From: a virus
Lineage: Duplodnaviria; Caudoviricetes
Reading direction: 5' to 3' (one strand)
DNA length: 64,000 bases
Virus record (IMG/VR): IMGVR_UViG_3300032030_002802
Location: 135,079 to 199,078 of that record
The notes beneath the pieces were generated by a model. The model made no database searches and had not been told where the DNA came from. It was given only the letters and a program-made list of their open reading frames with translations. The translations under genes were made by a program, and so were the position numbers. Of this stretch, positions 55,909 to 64,000 are shown piece by piece. Position 1 is the first letter of the stretch, and the number at the start of each line of letters is the position of its first letter.

Positions 55909-56697
55909 TCATACGACATACTTCTCGAACGCCCCACAATGACACCAGCCGGGCTTGTCCTGCTCAAGGAACGCCTTGCACATGCACATGGTGTCGGAAG
56001 ACTTCGGCTGACATGCACAGTGCCCGCCGTTCTCCTTCAATGCAGCCTGGAATCGCGCGATGTGCGCGGCGTCCCACTCTGTGTTAAACCGGATGTGCAA
56101 CGCGGTATTAACCTTGACCGGGCTCGGCACAATCCTGGCCAGCTGGCCGGCGAGACCAGCTACCGGTGTCGGATTCGCAATCTTGCCAGAGAGCAGGCCC
56201 TTGATCTTGCCAACCGCGGACGTAGTACCGTCCAAGCCCAGTTTGCCGCGGTCGTAGTCGTGTCCGCTGCCAAAAAACACAGCACGCTTACTGTCACGCA
56301 TACAGGAAACAGCCATGAACGGGAAATAGTTGACATGCCCGTCTGGGGCAATGCACCACTTGAACCCGACGCCGCTGCGCTTGTCCTCGTCGTTGTCGTC
56401 CATGCTGCCGCCGAGCCACCACAGGCCACCGGATTCCTTCATGAACGCAAGGAACTCAGGCGCCAGTATGTTAGCCGTGAACCTGCGGCAGAATCCGCAT
56501 AGATCCCCGTTAGTCCACATCGCGAAGAACGGAAGACCGCGCTTCTCGGCCTCCGTCTTGACGCGCGTGAAGTTCGAGTACCACACGCCGGTCTCGAGCT
56601 CACCGTCGCCTGGTGTACGACGCAGCGCCACCAACTTGGCGGTCACCGAGTCCGGTGCGCCCATGATCCGCTTGAGCATGTCAGCTGAAACAGCCAT
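55909..56697 (-). CDS. Thioredoxin-like domain fused to ferredoxin:thioredoxin reductase catalytic-like domain, 262 aa
   Basis: CGFC; C-terminal HCAC...CMC...CHC. Confidence 0.7.
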   Translation of the reverse strand: MAVSADMLKRIMGAPDSVTAKLVALRRTPGDGELETGVWYSNFTRVKTEAEKRGLPFFAMWTNGDLCGFCRRFTANILAPEFLAFMKESGGLWWLGGSMDDNDEDKRSGVGFKWCIAPDGHVNYFPFMAVSCMRDSKRAVFFGSGHDYDRGKLGLDGTTSAVGKIKGLLSGKIANPTPVAGLAGQLARIVPSPVKVNTALHIRFNTEWDAAHIARFQAALKENGGHCACQPKSSDTMCMCKAFLEQDKPGWCHCGAFEKYVV

Positions 56698-56756
56698 CTT
56701 AACTACCTTTCAATTTTTACTCGATGTTGTGCCGGCACTTATCACCGGCGGGACAT

Positions 56757-56765
56757 AGTATAGCA
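56757..56765 (-). promoter_or_regulatory. Extended -10 element TGCTATACT
   Basis: Intergenic upstream of 56697; no good -35. Confidence 0.4.
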
Positions 56766-56803
56766 CAATCCGTGAAACGCGTGTGAGACAAAATCAGAAA
56801 ATC

Positions 56804-57982
56804 TCATCTGAGGGCGGGAGGACCACTTACTTGCCGCGCGGACATGTGGCTACCGTGCAGTATGCGCACGGCCAGATCCAGCGCAAGCTCGACAGTGTCG
56901 GACATGGTAGTGTACCGGTACGACCCGAGCCTGCCGACAAATACCACTCCGGACGCGGCGGCGAGATCCGCGTACCTGGAGTACACCGCGTCGTTCACGG
57001 AATCGTTTATCGGGTAGTACCGGTCAAGCCCCTCCGCCCACGCTAGCGGATACTCCCTGGATACGATGGTATACCCGTGCGGGCAGTCCTGGCCTGACCC
57101 GCGCATGAAATGCTTGTGCTCGATCGTCCTGGTATACGGCACGGCGTCACAGTGGTTGACCACTGAATTGCCCTGGAAGTCGTCAACGTCAATGCGCTCA
57201 TGGTCAAACATGAGGCTGCGGTACTCGAGTTTCCCAAACCTGTAGTCGAAGTACTCGTCGATGGATCCGGTCCACACAACTGCCACCCCATCCCGCACCG
57301 CATCCGCCACTGTGCCGCGGATATCTCCGTCCCCGGCCCCGAGGCGCACGTCCGCCCCGGAAAGCAGGCGGTCAAAGATCCCGGCGTACCCCCCGACCGG
57401 CAGACCGCTGTGCGCCGTCTTGAAGTAGTTGCAGTCGTACGTAAAACGGACCGGTATCCGGCGCATGACAGACGCAGGCAGCTCGGTACACGAGCGCCCC
57501 CATTGCTTCTCTGTATACCTCCGTATCAGGGTGTTGTACACATCACGCCCGACTACCGACAAAGCGTAATCCTCCACATTCTCGGCAGCGGCAACCGGCA
57601 CGCAGTCATGCAGCAGCCTGTCACGCGCCTCGTCTGGCCGAGTAACGCCCCACAGCCGGTTGAACGTGAACATGTTAGGCGGCATGGCGTACACCTTTCC
57701 GTCGCACGCAGCAACGACTGAATGCAGGTACGGCCGCATATCGGCGAATCTGCAGATATACCGCCACACCCGCTCAGAGCTGGTATTGAAGATGTGCGCA
57801 CCGTATGCGTGGACTGTTATACCGGCCTCGTCGTACGTCCAGCAACTGCCGCCGGCATGGGGCCTTCGCTCCAGCACCGTGACACGCCAGCCGGCGTCGA
57901 GCAGCTCGCGGGAGACGACAGCTCCCGCGAGCCCCGCGCCAACCACGACGCAGCGCCTACGCGCCGTAACCGCAGCCGGCAC
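56804..57982 (-). CDS. glf: UDP-galactopyranose mutase
   Basis: VVGAGLAG, HAYGAHIF, YTEKQWG, LEYRSL, YTRTIEHKHF, YYPIND, GRLGSYRY. Confidence 0.92.
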   Translation of the reverse strand: MPAAVTARRRCVVVGAGLAGAVVSRELLDAGWRVTVLERRPHAGGSCWTYDEAGITVHAYGAHIFNTSSERVWRYICRFADMRPYLHSVVAACDGKVYAMPPNMFTFNRLWGVTRPDEARDRLLHDCVPVAAAENVEDYALSVVGRDVYNTLIRRYTEKQWGRSCTELPASVMRRIPVRFTYDCNYFKTAHSGLPVGGYAGIFDRLLSGADVRLGAGDGDIRGTVADAVRDGVAVVWTGSIDEYFDYRFGKLEYRSLMFDHERIDVDDFQGNSVVNHCDAVPYTRTIEHKHFMRGSGQDCPHGYTIVSREYPLAWAEGLDRYYPINDSVNDAVYSRYADLAAASGVVFVGRLGSYRYTTMSDTVELALDLAVRILHGSHMSARQVSGPPALR

Positions 57983-57983
57983 C

Positions 57984-58691
57984 TTAACTAACCTCCTGCT
58001 CCCTGGACAACGGGACGCGCGGAAGGTTGAGATGCAGCATGCGCACGCCCTTCAACTTCGCACGGCCGTCACGCACGTGACGCCATATCCAAAACCCGGT
58101 CAGCCGCTCAAACATGTACCCGCACTTTCTGGGATCGTCTGCCCGGTTCACGCCCAACGACCCGATCAGCGGTATCAGCACACGGACGCACCCGTTCAGG
58201 AAATCGGCATACTCCATGAAATCAGCCTTCGGCATTATGAACATATTGCCACGGTACAGCACAGTAGCCGTGTCTAGGTACGTAGCGAAGTCATCATAGC
58301 AATCTGGCATAGCCCGCTTCAGCTCCACCAGCAGCTCGTCAAGCCCACCGCCATGGCACGCGCAGAACTGCTTCCGCACAGAGCAACCCAGACGATGAGC
58401 ACAGCATATCACCGTTCCCGGCTCGCCACAGCTCAGTTCCAGTCTATGCCGGTACATGGCGAATCCCACGAAATCAGGAAGCGGCCTGTAGTTGTTTGCA
58501 ACCCAGTACAGAACGGTCGCCTCGTTGAGGTACCGATTGTACTGCCATATGCTATCGCCAGAGTCGTCGCAAACCCTAACACGCTCATCCCGGTACCCTC
58601 CCCCGCCGATCAGTACAAACGGAGGCTTGCTGTATGCGATTGGCAACAGCGACTTGCCGTGGCAGCACACGAATATCTTGGTCTCAGCCAT
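57984..58691 (-). CDS. DUF4422-like (putative galactofuranosyltransferase) protein
   Basis: KIFVCCH, DDSGDSI..NRYLNEAT.LYW, NMFIMPK, GYMFERL; adjacent to glf. Confidence 0.7.
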   Translation of the reverse strand: MAETKIFVCCHGKSLLPIAYSKPPFVLIGGGGYRDERVRVCDDSGDSIWQYNRYLNEATVLYWVANNYRPLPDFVGFAMYRHRLELSCGEPGTVICCAHRLGCSVRKQFCACHGGGLDELLVELKRAMPDCYDDFATYLDTATVLYRGNMFIMPKADFMEYADFLNGCVRVLIPLIGSLGVNRADDPRKCGYMFERLTGFWIWRHVRDGRAKLKGVRMLHLNLPRVPLSREQEVS

Positions 58692-58705
58692 ATGCGCACC
58701 GCCTG

Positions 58706-59293
58706 TCAAGCATTGGCGGCCTCCGCAGGCCACATGACGTAGTCGTACCTGTTCGGATGTGACGCCAGCCAGTAATTCGCCCGCGACATCAGGTCTATAA
58801 AACGAGTATAGTGCTCCGTCGTATCGTAATCCCGCCTCACCCCGGGCGGATCTGCGGAAAACAGGAGCACCGGCTTGTGCTCCGCCAACGTCCGCATAGC
58901 CCCGTACAGAACTGGCACACCGTACTTCCTGGCGTCTAAAACCAAAAGATCGGGAGGCCTGAAACCGGAGAGGGCTACTAGCCGATCCACGGTTGTCAGC
59001 GGCATCGTGTCCGTCTCAATACCTACAACGCGCAAGCTGTCATAGTCAGCAAGCGATCGGTAAATAGCCACAACACGGTCTCGCCAGTCAGAGCCGGGCG
59101 ATCGCGGGATAAGCCCGACCCGGGCGGAAAGACCCTTGCCCGCCGCGTAATACACGCACACGACCGACAGCGTACTGTCCAATACAGACCCTGCAGCACC
59201 AGGCGCAGAACCCGCGCTAGCCTGTGCCGGATCTCCTGTCACCGAACCGGGAGCATCCGTGGTCATCCCTAACACGTCACCTGAAACAGCCAT
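58706..59293 (-). CDS. Hypothetical protein, possibly degenerate FkbM-like methyltransferase
   Basis: TTVDRL...PDLLVLD..VLYGAMRTL...PVL resembles the FkbM C-terminus; no SAM-binding motif visible. Confidence 0.4.
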   Translation of the reverse strand: MAVSGDVLGMTTDAPGSVTGDPAQASAGSAPGAAGSVLDSTLSVVCVYYAAGKGLSARVGLIPRSPGSDWRDRVVAIYRSLADYDSLRVVGIETDTMPLTTVDRLVALSGFRPPDLLVLDARKYGVPVLYGAMRTLAEHKPVLLFSADPPGVRRDYDTTEHYTRFIDLMSRANYWLASHPNRYDYVMWPAEAANA

Positions 59294-59328
59294 TTTTCAC
59301 TACCTCTCCATCCCCAGACCTGACAGTC

Positions 59329-60090
59329 TCACCGGGCCGCAGACGGCGACACGTCCCCGGCCGGAGCGGACGGCAGCAGGCCCCTGAGCGTCGCGCTCTC
59401 CTGCGCGCTGTAGTACTCGTGCACTGCGGCGTCGAGCTTGCGCACCGCCTCGGGCACGTTACCGTCACGGAGCACGGACACAACCGCGGTGATGATGGCG
59501 GCGCCGAAGATGGTCCCCAGCAGGAACGCGCACAGCCTGTCGTGCCAGCGGCAGTCGATTATCCTGTTCCTGACGATAGTGGTCTCCACGCGCCTGGTCT
59601 TGGACAAGGCTATGTCCTCGACGAGCCATCCCTCGTTCGGGACGACCTGCTTCACGCGGTCGTCGTACAGCTCGAGCATGAGCTGGTCCTTCTGGTACAC
59701 GATCTCCGGGATGAACCCGAGATTGTCTGCGCACCAGTCCCGGATGTAGTCAGACGCCCTTCGCTTGACGGTCATGCCGTCCTTCCCGAGTTCGGCCAGA
59801 TACTGCTCCTGCATGACCGGTGGCTTGGATGCCTCCTCCTCGCAGCGGCCGCACTTGCATCCCGTCGCGTGCGTCTCGCCACACAGACGAGGGGCAACGC
59901 GGGCAGTCAGGATCTTGACGGTCTTCCCCTCCGCGTGCATCCGCTTGATCAGCTCGACCATCGGCCGCACCGGCTCGCCGATACGGTCGATGCCCTTCCA
60001 GCCGTCGTACTTCGCGAGCGTGCCGTCAAGGTCGAACCCGTACCAGCCCTCGCCGGAAACACCGTGCGTGTCCTTCTTGTCCTCACTCAT
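59329..60090 (-). CDS. HAD-superfamily phosphatase-like protein with C-terminal TM helix
   Basis: FDLDGTLA, ILTAR, K...LYDDR. Confidence 0.7.
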   Translation of the reverse strand: MSEDKKDTHGVSGEGWYGFDLDGTLAKYDGWKGIDRIGEPVRPMVELIKRMHAEGKTVKILTARVAPRLCGETHATGCKCGRCEEEASKPPVMQEQYLAELGKDGMTVKRRASDYIRDWCADNLGFIPEIVYQKDQLMLELYDDRVKQVVPNEGWLVEDIALSKTRRVETTIVRNRIIDCRWHDRLCAFLLGTIFGAAIITAVVSVLRDGNVPEAVRKLDAAVHEYYSAQESATLRGLLPSAPAGDVSPSAAR

Positions 60091-60310
60091 GGCTCGCCTC
60101 TCCTTTCTGGTCATCGAGTATGTCGCTGCCGACCTTGATCCACACCTTCTCCACGGACTGCTGCCGCATCACCGGCTTCTCCTGGTAGCCGAGCTCGGCC
60201 ATGCGCACGTCCCTGCGGTACGAGACCGCCGTGCACGACACGACGACCGTGACGAAGGCGGTAAGGGCCATCGCCCAGAAAATCAACCAGAACTTGGCGT
60301 CGCCGTTCAT
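60083..60310 (-). CDS. Small membrane protein, 75 aa
   Basis: ATG at 60310 with GGAGG RBS; FWLIFWAMALTAFVTVVV. Confidence 0.65.
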   Translation of the reverse strand: MNGDAKFWLIFWAMALTAFVTVVVSCTAVSYRRDVRMAELGYQEKPVMRQQSVEKVWIKVGSDILDDQKGEASHE

Positions 60311-60657
60311 TTCGCACCTCCGGTCATGGATATGCCGTAATGCTCGGCCGCGTGGCACAACGTCTTCATCAGCTTCTGCGCCACGTCGTGCGGGCCAATG
60401 CCCTTGAGCCCCGCCTCGAACGCGAGGTGGGACAGGTAGAACGCCGCCTTGCACAGGTCCTCGCACGGCTTGGCCTTGAAGGCGTACCGCTGCACGTACT
60501 TGATGACGTTGCCCTGCAGGAAACCGGAGAACGCATCGGCGCCCATCTGGTCCTTCAGGTGCATGAACGAGTCCACCCCGTTGGGGGAGTAGTGGCTCGG
60601 GTTGTTGACCGCCTCCTGGTTTGCAGGAGCGGCCGCGACTGTTGTCTTCGCTTTCAT
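60307..60657 (-). CDS. DUF3310 family protein (phage nucleotide-kinase-like)
   Basis: VNNPSHY, FLQGNVIKY..RY..K...EDL.KA.FYL. Confidence 0.85.
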   Translation of the reverse strand: MKAKTTVAAAPANQEAVNNPSHYSPNGVDSFMHLKDQMGADAFSGFLQGNVIKYVQRYAFKAKPCEDLCKAAFYLSHLAFEAGLKGIGPHDVAQKLMKTLCHAAEHYGISMTGGAK

Positions 60658-61520
60658 CTGTCTTCCTCTTTGATGTTGAACTCAATTTCCATGAACTCCG
60701 CCAGCGCGTCACGCCAGTCCGGCATCTGCGGCAGGCCAGTGAGCCTGATCGCCATCTTGTCCAGCCTCGAGTTGGCCGGCCTGCGGGCTGGCCTGGGGAA
60801 CTCCGCCGCAGAGCATGGCCGGACCACCTGGTCTATGCCAGCTACCCTGAATATCTCCTTCGCGAACCCGGCCCACGACGTGGCGCCCTCGCACGTCATG
60901 TGGAACGTCCCGCGCAGCAGGGGCCGGTCGAGCAGCGCCCGCAGCTCCCGCGCCAGGGCGTATGCGCTCGTCGGATTCCCGACCTGGTCGTCCACAACCT
61001 TGAGAAACGGGCGCGTCCCGTCCGCAAGCTTGAGCATCGTGTGCACGAAGCTCGGCCCGCCCTTCCCGTAGAGCCAGCCAGTCCTGCAGATGCAGTGGTC
61101 CGGACACAGGGCCCTGACCTGCTCCTCGCCCGCTAGCTTGGACCGCCCGTACACGGTGCTGCCGCCGTTGGCCCGGTCGTACTCGGTGTACGGTCTGTTG
61201 GCCATCCCGCTGAACACGTAGTCCGTCGATATCGCTATCAGCCTGACGCCGTTGCGGTCGCACGCGGATGCCACGTTGGCCGACCCGCGGGCGTTCAGCC
61301 CGTACGCCCGGTCGATGTAGTGCTCGCAGGTGTCCACCGCCGTCATGGCGGCACAGTGGATCACCGCGTCGGGCACCCACCGCTGCAGGGCGTCCTCGAA
61401 CCCGCTCTCGTCCATGATGTCGGCCTCGTCCTTGTCGGCCGGTATCACCTCGACGTCGGTCATCACGTCGCTTATGGTGCGACCGAGCATGCCCTGGCCG
61501 CCTGTTACCATCACTCTCAT
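60654..61520 (-). CDS. rfbD: dTDP-4-dehydrorhamnose reductase
   Basis: ATG at 61520; [42 protein letters not shown]. Confidence 0.93.
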   Translation of the reverse strand: MRVMVTGGQGMLGRTISDVMTDVEVIPADKDEADIMDESGFEDALQRWVPDAVIHCAAMTAVDTCEHYIDRAYGLNARGSANVASACDRNGVRLIAISTDYVFSGMANRPYTEYDRANGGSTVYGRSKLAGEEQVRALCPDHCICRTGWLYGKGGPSFVHTMLKLADGTRPFLKVVDDQVGNPTSAYALARELRALLDRPLLRGTFHMTCEGATSWAGFAKEIFRVAGIDQVVRPCSAAEFPRPARRPANSRLDKMAIRLTGLPQMPDWRDALAEFMEIEFNIKEEDR

Positions 61521-62404
61521 GCCCGTGTCTCCTTTACCAGTTCCCGCAAATACTCGCCGTAGCTCGACTTGCCGTAGCCGTCGGCCAGGGCCTTGAGGCC
61601 GGCGTCGTCGATCCACCCGTTGGAGCGCGCGATCTCCTCGATGCACGCGACCTGCTGCCCGGTGCGCGCAACTACGGCGCGCACGAAATTCGTTGCGTCG
61701 GCCAGCGACTGGTGCGTCCCCGTGTCGAGCCACGTGAACCCGCGCCCCAGCGTCCGGACCTTGAGGCGGCCCTCGTACAGGTACGCGCGGTTGACGTCCG
61801 TGATCTCGTACTCGCCGCGCGCGGAGGGCTTCAGGTTCGCGGCTATGTCCACCACGTCGTTCGGGTAGAAGTAGAGGCCCACCACGGCGTAGTTTGACCT
61901 CGCGCGGAGGGGCTTCTCCTCCAGCGAGACCGCCTTGCCGGACGAGTCGAACTCCACCACGCCGTACCGCTCCGGGTCACGCACCCGGAAGCCGAACACG
62001 GTGGGACTGCGACTAGCCGACACAGCCAGCAGGAGCGTCTGCAAGTTCGCGCCGTAGAATACGTTGTCCCCGAGCACGAGGCACACCGGGTCGTCGCCGA
62101 TGAACTCGCGTCCGATCACGAACGCGCGGGCTATGCCGTCGGGCCGCTCCTGCGCCTCGTAACTGATCCTCATGCCGAGCCCGGACCCGTCGCCGAACAG
62201 ACGCTCGTAGCTGGGCAGGTCCTGCGGCGTGGAGATGATCAGCACATCGCGGATGCCGGCGAGCATGAGCGTGGAGAGCGGGTAGAACACCATCGGCTTG
62301 TCGTACACCGGCAGCAGCTGCTTCGACACGACGCGCGTCAAAGGGTGCAGGCGAGTACCCGCGCCACCTGCAAGTATAATACCCTTACGTGCTAGAACAT
62401 CCAT
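61517..62404 (-). CDS. rfbA: Glucose-1-phosphate thymidylyltransferase
   Basis: [43 protein letters not shown]. Confidence 0.97.
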   Translation of the reverse strand: MDVLARKGIILAGGAGTRLHPLTRVVSKQLLPVYDKPMVFYPLSTLMLAGIRDVLIISTPQDLPSYERLFGDGSGLGMRISYEAQERPDGIARAFVIGREFIGDDPVCLVLGDNVFYGANLQTLLLAVSASRSPTVFGFRVRDPERYGVVEFDSSGKAVSLEEKPLRARSNYAVVGLYFYPNDVVDIAANLKPSARGEYEITDVNRAYLYEGRLKVRTLGRGFTWLDTGTHQSLADATNFVRAVVARTGQQVACIEEIARSNGWIDDAGLKALADGYGKSSYGEYLRELVKETRA

Positions 62405-62406
62405 TA

Positions 62407-64000
<1,594 letters not shown>

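Noticed and set aside
60654-62404. Incomplete rhamnose pathway (no rmlB/rmlC) as a novelty
   Set aside because: The cluster continues beyond the window edge and the host may supply the missing steps.

Overview
64 kb segment of a large, GC-rich, contractile-tailed (myovirus-like, probably jumbo) phage genome. Essentially every real gene is on the minus strand; the plus-strand ORFs are antisense shadows. In transcription order (high to low coordinates) there are four blocks. (1) A glycan/nucleotide-sugar accessory block (~44.4-64 kb): gmd, fcl, rmlA, rmlD, glf, DUF4422, several GT25-like glycosyltransferases, a Stealth-like phosphotransferase, a pyruvyltransferase/F420-beta/GT25 fusion, a thioredoxin-FTR fusion, a ThyX-like protein and a 1479-aa Ser/Gly/Cys-rich LRR protein. 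(2) A block of unannotatable Gly/Ala-rich putative internal head proteins (~16-44 kb) sharing K-x-A motifs and a copied leader cassette. It contains a phage multisubunit RNA polymerase of unusual architecture: beta fused to the N-half of beta', with a LAGLIDADG intein and catalytic loop TADHDGD, while the beta' C-half is a separate upstream gene. (3) A head module: protease, scaffold, decoration protein, major capsid protein and tRNA-Ser(GCU). (4) A neck/tail module: sheath, tube, spike, tail chaperones with a -1 slippery site and the start of the tape measure gene. Eight sigma70-like promoters plus one extended -10 element precede structural and accessory units. The best candidate for an undescribed system is a modular head-cargo addressing/processing scheme (copied leader cassette plus K-x-A sites plus variable glycine-zipper payloads) associated with a likely virion RNAP and a GT-B enzyme. 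All product calls come from motif recognition by eye, not database searches.
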